Below, one piece after another: positions 12,475-25,534 of a stretch of 64,000 bases of DNA. The notes under the pieces were generated by a model. The model was not told where the DNA came from. It searched no databases and saw only the letters and a list, made by a program, of their open reading frames with translations. Made by a program: the position numbers and the translations under genes. Source of the stretch: Lama guanicoe (lineage: Eukaryota); assembly GCA_013239625.1 (NCBI GenBank), contig MU053994.1, forward strand, positions 3,887,434 through 3,951,433. The letters run 5' to 3'. Position 1 is the stretch's first letter, and each line of letters begins with the position of its first letter.

Positions 12475-14062
12475 GGCTCAGAATTTTGGAGCATTTTGTT
12501 TCTATTATCTTCTGACCTCCACTGCTTTTTATGAGAAGTCAGATGTCATTCTTATTTTTGTTCCTTTGTATATAAATGTGCTTCTTCTGGCTACTTTAAA
12601 ATTTTTCTCCTTATTTCTGCTTTTCAACATTTAGACTATGATGTGCCTATATTTGGCTTCCACTGGTTGAGGGTCCCTGAGCTTCCTGAATATGTGGACT
12701 TTTGGTTTTTATTAAATGTGGAAAAATTTGGTCAATATTTATTCAAATAATTTTTATGCACCATTGTCTCTCTCCGCTCAATCTGATGCTCAAATTATGC
12801 TTAAGTTAGACTGCTTGATACTATTCCACATGTCACTGTGGTTCATTTCATTCTTTTTTAAAATTTTGTTTATTCTATACTTCAGTTTGGATGATTTTAT
12901 TTTCCTGTCCTCAATTTTACTGATTCTTTCTTCTGTTGGATACAATCTATTGTCAAAGCCATTGAATTAAGTTTTTATTTTTTTTTAAATTATTTTTGAT
13001 ACTGTATTCTTTTAGTTCTAGACTTTTAATTTGTCTCTCTCTCTTTTATTTTTTATGATTTGAGAATGTCTTCTGAAACCTCCTATTCCTCTACCATTTA
13101 TCTTTTTTTTTCTAGTAAATTCTTTAACACATTTATCACAGTAATTTAAAAATCCTAGTCTATTAATTACAACAGCTGGGTCATCTATAGGTTTGTTTAT
13201 ATTGACTGATTTTTTTTCACATATTCCTGTTTTTTTTTTTACCCTCACAAGTCTAATTATTTTTTATTGTACAATACATGATGCATTATAGAGATTCTGG
13301 ATTCTCTTATTTTCTTCTGAAGAGTGTTGAGTTTTATTTTAGTAGGCATTTAAATTACTGGTGTATCACCTTGATCTTTTAGAGATTTGATTTTAGGCTT
13401 CATTAAGGTAGATCTATCTTAGTTTTGCCTTTTTCCCTTGAATAAATCCCTAAATTCTGGCATATGTCATTTATTACAAAGATGTGGCCCTGATGATATT
13501 ACAATGGAAAGTTTGAGGTGTTCACCAAGCCCTTCTAACCTAAGACTACCCAAGTTCCAAACTCTTTCTCCTCTGCAGTGGGCAGTTGTTAAAATTGCTA
13601 TTCAATTTTCCAGCTTTCCAGCTATTGTTTCTCTTTTAGGCTCCCTGGACTCTTAGTCCATATGTTACAACTCAGAAGTCAGTCAAGATTTGAAGAGTGC
13701 TTGTATACAGATTTTGTGGCTTCCCTCTCTGAAGTTCCCTCTTTTCTGGGATTTCTGCCTCCTAAATTGCTCTGTGGGATCTGAACTCTGTCTTCTAAAT
13801 CTTCAGGTCAGTAAAACTCAAGATTTCTTCTTTAGCCATATCCAAGATATTTATGAGGACTAAAGGGTACCCTAAAAAAAATCAATGTGAATCTCAACTA
13901 GTGTGATTTTCCTGTTTCATGAGCTGAGTTTCCTTGTTTCTTCCTGCTTTAAGTCACTTTCCAGTGCCTCCAAACAGTCGTTTTTTATGTTGTTCAGAGT
14001 TTCTAGTTGTTATTAGCAGAAGGATTAGTTCAATATCATCTACACCACCATTACTAGAAATC
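12475..14062 (-). mobile_element. Old L1M 5'UTR/ORF1 region
   Basis: T-rich antisense ORF1-like text (atgagaagtcagatgtcattctt, gactatgatgtgccta); ends in caccattactagaaatc, similar to an L1M 5' terminus. Confidence 0.7.
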
Positions 14063-14429
14063 ATGAGCCTCCTCTTTGACATTGTAAACTATCCCTACAG
14101 TGGTTAATGCATGAAACTCTTATTGCCTATTAGTACATTTTCTGAGACAGAAGCTGGGGTTTTCTTTGATTGCTTGACCATGGCCACTGGTCCCCAGTGG
14201 CTGGCTATTACCTTGCCTGTCTCATCTGCCCACCTATAGTAGCTATTTCAGCACAACATAAGCTTGTGGGAATGATGTTTTTAAAGTGATGTGGATTATT
14301 TTAGTGACTGATCAACCACTTTGAGGTTAACTGGGTGAGCATCAGGAAATATACTGTACTCTCATGAAACTCTTTGGGAGACCAGAGAGTGTAACAATTT
14401 GGAATGAATGCTTTTGTGCCGATGTCATA

Positions 14430-14590
14430 GGTTTGATTTTGAGCAATTTGCTTAGCTTCCATGAACCTCCATTCTCCCATTGTAAAATAGGGATATTATC
14501 TCACAGGGTCATTGTGAGAATTAGATAAATGGATACACACACACACACACAGAGTGCCTGGCATAAAAGTAAGTGTTCATTAAATCATTA
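14430..14590 (+). mobile_element. MIR SINE with short (CA)n
   Basis: tgtaaaatagggat...ctcacagggtcattgtgagaatta...gtgcctggcata. Confidence 0.75.
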
Positions 14591-14677
14591 TTGAAAATTT
14601 AAAAAGTCAAGAAAATATCTTTGCTATAACCACACTGTTAGGGCAAAAGTAACATTCAGGATGGATTTTCCCTGTAT

Positions 14678-14871
14678 CATCGTTTCTCAGAACGTGATCA
14701 GCAGAACCCACTGCGACAGAATTATCTGAGACTGCTTGTTAATAAGGTAGATTTTTCTGGCTCCTACCTCAGAACTACTAAACCAAAATCGGCAGGGGTG
14801 GGGGCTAAGAATACGCCTCTAATCTCGTCCCCAAGTAATTCCTTTGCTCACTATATTTTAAAAACTACTGG
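14678..14871. mobile_element. MER5-like hAT-Charlie MITE
   Basis: tttctcagaacgtg...cagaattatctg...ggggtggggctaagaat...aaaactactg. Confidence 0.6.
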
Positions 14872-16704
14872 GTAATTCAGAGGCAAAGAGAAATTTCTGG
14901 GGGAGAGGGGGGTTGGAGCTACTACAAGACTTTGAACTCCTGCCTCACCTTCCAGAAGTCTAGATTTTATTGCCTTTCTGGCATTGATGTCTATACGCTT
15001 ATTACTTTAGATGGAGACTGAAAAGTTTTAGTCATCCTTAAGTGTCTAGCTGGAGGGCAATCGGCGGAGTGATTAAACCAAAAGAGGTTATAATTCATCC
15101 TTCAAATTCGTGGTTAAAGGCACTCTGCTGCATAACTTTTCACCTGTGAAGTGCTCCACAGCTCTTAAATCATCTTTTACTAAATGGAAGTCCCAGTTTC
15201 CTGGAAGAATAGATATTATTTTTAATCCTTCATTTCTCTTGCTTTCAACCAACATGTTAAAAACAATTAAATTTGGCTTGCAATTTTCATTTCCTTTTTA
15301 TTGTTGAATCGTGGCAGGGTTCTATAATCTACTTAATACTGCATCTAAACTTAACGTAACATAGGGTAATTATGAGGGTCTTTGATACAGCGTGATCGTG
15401 GTTTTTACAAGTCTGAGTTTTTGGAAAGAAAACAGAAGTTTTTATCTTTAAGCAACAAATAAAAAGGTTGAGATAGTGTCACCTAACTCAGCGGCAAAGA
15501 TGAGGACTGGTGAAGGTATCGAGTATATTGTCTGTCACTCAATAGACACTCACTAGAGATTTAGTGCATGAATGAATAAATAAATGAACGCACATTATGC
15601 ACTTTATATTTAGAATTGATGGAGTACCACTTTTGAGCAGTTAAATGGTACATTCTGTCTTATGAGGGTCCTCCCCTCACAGCTTCTCCACTTTCAACCA
15701 AATGTGCTGAGATGGAAAGGCATGTACGAGGACCAATTGCAGAAGTTGCTGACTGGGCTGCCAGGCTGAGACGGGGTCAGGGATGATCTAGCAGTGTGCC
15801 CTGCCCATGGCTTTCTCTATGGACATGCTTCTCTCTATTCCACCCTTTATCCCATAGCCCACTTCCCAGAATTTTCCACAATTTTCTCAGCGTACTCATC
15901 GTATTGCCTCCCAGAGTGCTACTCAACTCAGGATCCTTCCATATCGCCCTCCAAAGGAACCTTTCTGAAAATCTTACCAGACAAGTGAGGAGCAGAAACA
16001 GACGCCTTTGATCTGGAAAAAATAAATCCAACACCCGGCAAGAATTGACAGACACCTGCTCGTGAACAGCAGTGGCGGGGTTGTGGGTTTGCTTGCTAGC
16101 TGTTTCACTTGCTGAGGGAATTGTTTTAATTTTGCAGGCTGTTGGCAGACCTGGAGAAACGTACTCTAATATGCAAGGCACAGGCCCCCAGTTAATGTTT
16201 CACCCATTGCGTGCGGCTTGACAGTTTTCCTGACTTGTTACAATCATAAGTGTGAAACTCTGGGGGTTTCAGTTAAATTATTTTGTGACACAAAGCCTAA
16301 TTTTTTCAGTCCCAAAGATTACCTTTTACTGAAAGAATTTCAGGGTATTGCCTTTATACAGTGACTATATGCGTGTGTATGTATATATACACACACATAC
16401 ATACATACCATGTTTCGTTCACAGAAAGATTTGTTGTAAGTGTAAGGGGCATTCTATCCCTGTTTATGGTGGTTACTGCTCTTAAAGATCAATTTATGTC
16501 TGATGAATAACCAATAAATCCACAGTTCTGTATAAGACAAGCATTTACGCTATAAAAATATATAGAGGAAAGGGAAACAAAGTTGGCAGTTAACATGGCA
16601 CACACAGTAGCTGAAAGCTGATCTTAGCTAAGTGGTTTGTGCTGGTGGGCCAGGAATGAGAGGATACAGAACAGGTTGGTGGTGATTGTTAAGAATTACT
16701 AGAT

Positions 16705-17709
16705 TGCAGCAGACACTACTGAGGTCCTGCTTATATCCCCTTATCCATACCACCTGTGGTGGGTCGAATAGTGGCCCCCTAAAAGATGTTCCCCGTCCTG
16801 ACCCCCAGAATGTGCGAAGGTGACCTTATTTGGAAATAGTCTTTGCAGATGTAGTTAAGGATCTTCAGATGAGATCACCCTGGATTAAGGGTGGGTCTTA
16901 AATCCAAAGACAAATATCCTTGAAAGAGAAGAGATGAGGAGAAGACACAGGGACCCGGAAGAGAAGGTGATGTTAAGACAGAAGAAGAAACTGAATTGAT
17001 GTAACCACAAGCCAAGGAACACCATGGAACACCTGGAGCCACCAGAAGCTGGAAAAGGAAAGGAAGGATTCTATCCAGAGCCTTCAGAAGGAGTGTGGCC
17101 CTAATGACACCTTGATTTCAGACTTCTGGCTTCCAGAACTGTGAGAGAATCTACTTCTGCTGTGTTTGAGACACGTAGTTTGTGGTTAGTTGTTACGGCA
17201 GCCCTAGAAGACTAATACCCCACTTTAGTGCATGCTGGCTGGCTGGACTTCTGACTGCCAGAACCTGCATTCTTTACCCGAAGGCTTCCCCTGGCTTCCA
17301 AGACCCACTTTTGTCCACTTATTGAGCAGGCTAATCCAGCTGTGCTGGGGAAGAGATAAGGAACATCTGTGTTAACAATCAGATGCCCTTTTTTAGAGGT
17401 CTCAAAATGCCTTTCTCATCCTCATTGTCCAATAAGGGCGGTTGGGTGTAGGTGTATAAAGACACCACCCCCCTCGCCCCTTGGGTGGGGTGACTCTGAG
17501 GAATGCATACTACACTGACTCCTAGAATTTACCTCCAGCTCTGCACGGTGGTAACTAGTGTGATGAACTTGGTACTGGCATTCCTCCCTTCCCCAGTTTC
17601 AATTGTCTACTCCCATATCAGTTTTTGCTGAGATCATCTCCCAAATAAACTACTTCTATCTGAATGCTTGTCTCAGGGTCTGCTTCAGGGTGGAACCCAA
17701 AGCAGAACA
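16705..17709 (+). mobile_element. LTR16-like ERVL solo LTR, interrupted by MLT1
   Basis: Start tgcagcagacac; ggtgtataaa; 3' end ctcccaaataaactactt...tctcagggtctgcttc...ggaacccaa. Confidence 0.85.
16755..17219 (+). mobile_element. MLT1 (B/C-like) solo LTR nested in LTR16
   Basis: tgtggtgggtcgaatagtggcccc...cagccctagaagactaatac; 5-bp TSD ccacc/ccact. Confidence 0.9.
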
Positions 17710-20700
17710 TCAATATAAAGGAAATGACACCTTGTCCTGGTAGCTTAGAGAAGGTACCATCTCAGTGATGTAATGCCTTGGGCATTTTCCTGGGCTGTTT
17801 TATGAAAGTTGTCTATTCTGACCTTATACCAAACAGAAACCTGCTGTCATTAGAAATGATCTCTTAAGATTTGTATTTATTCATAGCCTTCTTTTGAAAA
17901 GGATTTGAGGTAGCACTTAAATTGTGATACTTAATATGTCATATCATATCCTTTTATTCTACCCACTGCAAAAAAAAATTATGATGCCTTGGCACATAAT
18001 TGGTGCTCAATAAATACTTGTTAATGAATGATTTACTTAATACATAAATATTTTATTACCACTGAAAGCCTCCCACATATATATACATATAAAATAAAAA
18101 TTATTTTAGGTAATATTCTGGAAGTGAATAAAACATTTATCTTTCCTTTGAAGTGAAAATCTTTGATTGATACCTTATTCTAGACCACTGTTCAATGAAA
18201 TATGTACTTTAATCTAGTTAATATCCATGAGTAGTTTATCGTACTTCAATTTTTAACTGTTCATCAGACTATATATTACGTAGAGAAGTGATTAACAAGC
18301 TATATCCCTGCCTTCAAGGTTGAGGTCAGTGCTAATAAATGGCAAGTGGCCATTTTTGTTTTATGCAAACATGTCTTTTCTCTATGTTAACAATCAGATG
18401 CTCTTTTTTAGAGTTCTCAGAATTCCTTTTTCATCCTCAGTGTCCAAGTCTACATTAGTTACTCTTTCTTCTATATGCTGATTTTTGTGAAATTTGAAAA
18501 AAATTATGATTCTTTAATAAGTAAAATATCATAATTACTTTTCCAGGTATTATATTTCAGCTTTTCCATTAAGTTTTCATTTAGTATGTCCTTCCCTTCT
18601 TGGATCCCATAGACTCTTCCTTTGCTTTCATTTAAACAAGCAAACCAAAAATTCCTAAGTGGAGAAAAGGTGAATCTTTTCTCTTATAAGAATTTTCACT
18701 GAATGCAAAACCTGTTCTCATATTCAAAAATTCTTACTTGTTGATGCCTGTCCTAAATGGTTAAATGAATCTTCTCCAAATATTGGTAAAAAGTTTTGAA
18801 GCCACTGACTTCATTTCTCTTTTTCTCTTCTCAAAACACTGAGGAGATAGACTAAAGGTCAAGTAGACAAGTTTATAAACAAGGGGTAATCAAAGCTATA
18901 GGATTTTTGCAGTAAAACCTTTTCAGTGGAGATATGCCCTGGTACAGCCAAAGTATTTTAATTTCCAAATTATCTGGAAATAACTGCACAGTCCAGTCTC
19001 TGTAGGAAATATATTTTTGACCTTTTAAAAATGTACTACCCACACAGATGACTCTTTTTTTCCTTAAGAAAATATAGGAAATGGTGACAAGTTTCAGGTT
19101 TGTTGAAAAAGAGGGCAACTGGCTGTGGAAAAGTCCACTGAAGTCATACAACCAAGAAATGACTATTTCGCTCTTCCAAAAGCAGCAGGCTCCCCTTTAA
19201 ATACTTACTACTCATTTCTTAAAACACTTTTGGGTCCATGCATTCAATTCAGAAATCTTTACTGGAAGTTTCTTATATCTTCAGAATGAAGTAGATAACC
19301 CTTCTTGCTTCCATTTATTAAATTATTATCAAAAACACCATTCACTGGACAAAAATAGGAGCAAATTTTATATTAATATAACTAGATAGCATATTAACTT
19401 TAATCTTTAATAAAAATTTACAGAGTGGGACAGAAATGTGATAATGTTTCAATAACTCTTTCTTATTGTCTGTATTCACAGTGAATTAAATGCTTATCCT
19501 TGTTTTTCCATAGCAGGAAACAAAGTATTTTTTGTCAAAAGGAGGCCATTTGCTGACTTGTGGATTTGTATGTGATTTTAAACATTGTTTGAAAGTGCAA
19601 AGTTTGGGGACAAATATCATATAGGAAAGAAATTAAACTGAGATATTTTGTATTGAAGTACAAAACCCAGGAATTAAGGAACTGATTGATCCAAGGATGA
19701 AACCCAAATTTAGATTCCGTTATTGTGTCGGTCTTTGAGGGAAGAAAAAAATCTCATCATCTAGATTTTATCATAAATTCTGGTGCAAATAAGTTTTCAG
19801 TTAAGGTTATGAATTGAATTTAAAGTAGCACAAAATACTTTATTAATAACTTTTAGATATTTTTTTACTTTACATGGCAATTGGTCCAGATATCACATAA
19901 ATAAAAAGGGAAGCCTTAGCGTTTCTTTGCTGCAGAAGCAACTATTCCATATGACTTTTTTTTTTCATTTCTAGACCGATCTACTATCAGTATGCTTCTC
20001 CCAGTGACTTGGCCGTGATTCTTAATGGGTTTTGGATGGCATCTTTTAAAATTAATAATGCAATTTCAGGTGTAAGGATAGACCACTTCTTCCCAATTAT
20101 CCTTTGGAATGGTGAGGACTTACAGCCAATGAAAATCTAATGATTCACACACCACTCGGCAATGCATTGCATGATATTCTTACACAGATCTGCCCAATAG
20201 GGTTTCTTATGCTCAGTAGGATCCTGACAGCTGTTTACATGTCCTGAGTGGGCACTGGGCACGGCTGGTGGGTGTGTTAAGGACCATGTTGGGCAGACAT
20301 TTTGCATGGCAGAGAGGTAAGAGGAAGCCTGTTCAGAAAGCTCTGGGGTCTCAGCAAAGTGGCTTCTCTGGCTTTGACTGTAGGTTTTAGGATATAAAGT
20401 TTCATCTAGCTACCTAGGAATGTAGGAATATTTACTGTTCTTCGCTCTGGGGTCCATGTGCCAGGAACTGTGTGCTCATTGGGCCTCTCCCCTAGTCCAA
20501 CCCTAAACCCAGGCCTCCTAGGCTCACCAGCCCAAAGGGGATCAAGGACAAATCTCTTTTCACAGTGTATTCTTGCACACGGCAGTTTGGTTTCAAAGTT
20601 TTTGTAAAGAAATGAAACAAGAGAAAAAGCCCAAGCTTCTTGCAGGAAAGGAGACTGAAAACAGCTCTTTGTGTGAGGTGGATGCCGCAGGGAATGGAAC

Positions 20701-22429
20701 TGACAGGTCAAGCTTTTCCACAGGACTGGGCTGTTGTTGGAGCCATGTGTGAAGTGAGCTTCTTGTCAACACTCAACACAAAATATCGTGCTTTGTATTA
20801 AGTAGGATCTCGAGAGCATGTGAACTGGGACTCACTGTCACCCAGGTCTGAATGTGAGATTTTCGGGGATTCTGCCACTGTTTGTCACTCCCCAGGATGC
20901 TTGTGAAGAAGGAAAACACTGAACAGAAGATCTGGACACTTCTGTACATGGAGTAGGCTTTAGCAGATTATGGTGAAAGTCATCCACCCTTGTCAACAGC
21001 CTGTAGAAAGTGGCAGGATAGGGTTGGAGACAGCACTGTTCTGTTGTAACCAGCTTTGCTTCCCTGTCGCCTGTGATTTCTGAGCCTCACAAACATTACA
21101 GCAGAGTTGTAGGCGCAGTTCATACACTTAGGATGGCTACCAGGGAAGTGTTGGTTAAAATAACAATAATAAAAAAAGCACAGTGGAGATTTTTCTCAGG
21201 GCTTCTGTAGACAAGCAAATCCGTTTATAAAGAGCGATTGGTTTCAGAGGTTATGTGAGACACCATCATTCAAGACATTTCCAGACACAAACCAGATGAT
21301 AGCTTAACAATTCAAAATCACATGAATCTTTTTCCCCCTACAGATTTAAGCTTTACAATACTAAAGACATCGATACTTGTGTTTGGTGAGAGATAGTCTA
21401 TCTACGGACTAATGATTTATGGCAACTCTTTAATCCCACCAATTTTGGCCAATGTCTTCTGTATTCCTTGGGGAGCTGGACCCCCCAATGTAGGCTTATA
21501 AAGAGCAGAGATTGTATCAATTTGTCAGACTATGTCCATTGCAACTCTCCATGACAGGGCTCCAAATTATATTTATCCCTAGGATCAGCTGAGATGAACT
21601 CCTTTTACCTCACCACCTCACCAAAGTCTAGTTACATGGCCAAAGTATAATTTTCAAAAAGTTAAAAACACAACTCATATGCATATAATATGAACACATG
21701 TTGAAGATTTATTAACTCATTAACGAGAGAATTGATAACATGGTAAAAGCTAGTTCAAAGAGCATTTTTGAGGGACTAAGTATTAATAAACATTTAAAAC
21801 AGATATTAAAATAAATTGCCATTAGATACAAACCTGGTTTATATCCTATAAAACACCATGACCTTTGGCACTTCCTTTTCAACTGGATAGAAATTATTTG
21901 CATTGTTACCGGAAAAGATGTACAAGTTAACAGGTAACTTCACATAGTCTGAGCCAGTGATTAATAGTAAATAGCAAAGTCAAACAAAGATACATTCTTG
22001 TAGATAAGTAAACAATCCTTGGTAAGCTTGTCCCAGTATGACATTGAAAGGTTTGTTTCCCAGGTTTAGATATTTTCTTCTTAACACCTTGTGTTACATT
22101 AATAAGATGAACCTAGATTTCATTTACTCCTGCCTGTCTCCCTACCCCTGCTCCAGTTTGATTTAAAGCCTTCAGGCCCTGCAAAATACCCATTTCCCTC
22201 TGCCAGTAGGAATTTGTGGGACTAACCAGGAGGACAGCAGATCATCTTTTTACCTCACGACATCTCTACTCAGCGGTGTGCCTTGACTGCCACTTCTGCC
22301 TCTCTGGCTGTCAGTCTCTTGTTCCTGCTCAGCTGTTGATGGGGTATCTGCAGCCTCTACAGGTGCACTGGAAGGACCTGTTGTCCTGCTGTCAAGCACA
22401 AGATGGCCTCTTGTAGGGTGAATCTCCTG

Positions 22430-22594
22430 TGTTCTGATAAATGTTTAACAACTGGCTCTCTCAAAAAAAAGGGGCCTCATTTGTAACATTTAGCAATTTT
22501 AATGATATAAATACTTCCACTATGGCCAATTTCAAGGTGCCAACATGCTGTCAACCAGCTAACTCAGTATAAGCCAGCTCTAGTACACCACTGG
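22430..22594. mobile_element. MER63-like hAT element fragment
   Basis: gataaatgtttaacaactggctctc...agccagctctagtacaccactgg. Confidence 0.6.
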
Positions 22595-23945
22595 CTAGAG
22601 GCTGGAAGGATGCCTCTCACCAGTGAGATAAAAACTGTTCAAGAATCCCACAGCAGCACCCCAGAGGCTGTTCCCAGGGATTAGTAACTCTCAACTTTTT
22701 TTTCTTGCAACTTTCCATGTTCCTCTTGATGACCCAGTAGGAGAGTCTCAGCCACTGCAAAGAAGAGGAAATTCTGGTTGGACCCAGAGCAATCCTATGG
22801 CTGGCTGGCCCAGCCTGACCAGCACTTGGTTCACAGCTGAGTCTTGAGAGTGGAAAGCTGTAAGAAAACAAAAAAGCTAAAAAGCTTAGAGCTGTTTTAC
22901 TAAAATTCTTTTCAGGAGCACTACTGTGGGACCCTTGAGTAATCGGAACTTGTTTGGAATGGCTATAAACTGTACGAATTTAAATGTGCACAACCCAAAT
23001 ACAAATGTATTAAGTATTCTGTCTTAAATCTAAGTAAGAATCATCATATATTTGGGGTAGGCTTAGAGGCCACCCATTTGGCAGAAGACTAAGCACCTGC
23101 CCCAGTGTTTATGCCAAACTTTTACCAGTTCTGAATGACAGAATAAACAATAGAGTTTGGCTCCATTGTTATGGCTAAAATTGACCAACCTAAGGACTGC
23201 TTGTCAGCCTCATCTTCTTCTCAGAGGAGTTGCTCATTCAGGATCCTGTTTCACCACATCACTTGGAGCATTTTGTTTTCTTACACCTCCTCCTGATCCT
23301 TTATGTACTTCTCGAGTGCTGTCTACAGAGCTGCACACAATGTCCCAGCTGGGAACACACTGAATTTGGTACAAAGATAGAAATAAATTCTGATTTATTT
23401 TATATACCTCTTCAGAGGCGTTGCAACATTTTGCTTATTTCTTCTGTCTGCAGAAGCATACCAAATCAATGTCTTCAGAAATTCAACCAGATGATATCTG
23501 CACGTTTGGAGAATTTTCTGTTTAGTATACTCCTCACATGGGCAGGGGTCTAATCATGGCTCCTGCTAACCCATTCAGAGCCTCTGTCCAAAACAGAAAG
23601 ATACTCCTTTCTCTAAGTGGAAGTAGTTCTGTGGCAAAGCACAAGACTTGCTGAGCAGAACATGCGCTGGATTTCAGCATTAAATTTCTAGGGTATTGGA
23701 CTGCATTCACCTTCCTACCCAGAGCACTGCTGATTATTCATCTTTTTCTACTGACTCTAAACCAGACTTTTAGCCTCAACAAGAGGCCCTTCAAAACACA
23801 ACGTTTTTCAGATCCTCTTCTGAAGAAGAGATGCTACAAAGGCAGTCCATTTTCTAGAACTTGGAAAATACAGCAGTCTGAGCATTAGCCCCATAAAGTT
23901 GAGATGCCCAACTGCCTGCCCCCATTCCAGACCTCTGTACCTGGC

Positions 23946-25523
23946 TAGTGGTCTTCCAACTTTTTTATCTTTGCATACCTCTTAAAATAAAAATAATTTC
24001 AATGAAAACTGTGTAGCCCCTATGACATTTTTAAGTTAATATTTAAATTTTTAAAATCTTAAATGTAGATAGCTGTAAAGGATGTGATTTGTGGCATATG
24101 ATAAGTATTGACATTTAAAAATAAAGCTCTTACCATAAATACCATAGGCTGAGTGGCTTATAAACAACAGAAAGTTATTTCTCACAGTTTTGGAAGCTGA
24201 GAAGTCTAAGATTGAGGTGCCAGCAGATTTAGTATCTGGTGAGGTTCCACTTCCTGGTTCATAGACAACCACCTTTTGGCTATATCCTCACGTGGAGAAG
24301 GGAGGAGGGAGCTCTCTGGGGTCTCTTGTATAAGGGCACTAATCTCATTCATGACGCTTCTGCCCTCACAACCTAATCACCGCCCAAAGGCCCCCTCCAC
24401 CAAATACTATCACACTGGGGATTAGGTTTCAACATATAAACATATTTTGAGGGGGGAAATAGTCTATAGCAGAATTATCCAATGGACTCTAAATATCATA
24501 GTGATTTGATACCAGCTATCACCCTTTAAAAAAAATACATGAATAGGCTCTTCTTTAACCAACAGAAATTTTACATCCTTCTTTTATCTCATTGAACTCC
24601 TGTTCCATTCTGCTTCCCTCACAGGATTTTATTTTAATGTAATATGTTTTTGTGTTTGAGAGTATTTTATCAATCACCGTATTATACTCTCTACAATAAA
24701 AAATACATAAATTAACATTATTATTTTTATATCCTATGACTCCAAGATTCTAAGTATTTAAAAATGTCTTCTGGGTTGAGTCATTGTTTTAAAAATGAAT
24801 TGTTCCCAACTGGTTAAAGTAATATAAATACATTATAAATTTTGATAATCATTAAACATAAAAAGTAAAATTTTATTGAAAATATATTTCCTAATAAAGA
24901 AAATGGAGATCTTTAAAAATATTTCATGTATCTGTGGGTGAATAGCTAGAATGAAATGGGGCTTAGCATGATTTTATTCATATTTTTTAAAAATGATGTC
25001 AGCCATAAATACTATTAAGGGAAGGGGGTTATTATATCAATTTTACTCAGTTGTTTGAATTCCTTCGAAGTGAAGCAGCACCAAAAGAGTCACATGGAAA
25101 TCTATTTTCAAAAGTAATTTTTAATGACCTGTCAGCTGACAACTCAATAATCTGATGAAAGTTGGAACCACCTGACTTGCAAAAGTTTTGTGACTCAGTC
25201 TTGAAGACTCCTTCACTTTTTCAATGCCACCTCCAGTTATTTTAAATTGTGCCTTTGTTTGGCATCTTGGAGATTTTCACACCCCAGGGCAATGCACCAG
25301 AGTAACATTCAAGAAGGAAGAAATGTAGCCCTTTCTTCTGCAAAGCAAGAGACAGGCAACTGTGAAAGGGGAGGTACCTTCCATCACAGGCCTGTTCTCA
25401 GAAAGATCATACTTGGAAAAATTGAGGATCTGGACACTGTTCCCATTAAAATCTGACTGTGTCCATTTATTTTATGGAAACTCTTCATGGGCTCCAAGGT
25501 GTGTACCAGTTTGAAGACCACTG
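23946..25523. mobile_element. hAT-Charlie-type DNA transposon with both TIRs
   Basis: Left tagtggtcttccaact vs right agtttgaagaccactg (inverted match); 8-bp flanks tacctggc/tacctgct. Confidence 0.7.
24130..24471 (-). mobile_element. MLT1A-like solo LTR nested in the hAT element
   Basis: ggcttataaacaacagaaa...ctcacagttttggaagctgagaagtctaagatt...ggggattaggtttcaacata. Confidence 0.85.
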
Positions 25524-25534
25524 TACCTGCTACC

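Noticed and set aside
2530..19800. Annotating an endogenous filovirus (GP/VP30/VP24/L) as features
   Set aside because: Matches are short, gap-dependent and conflict with equally good measles-L alignments. Some fall in TE-like tails (e.g. an L2-like tail at ~5680-5718), and a control region gave similar matches. Kept only as a hypothesis to test.
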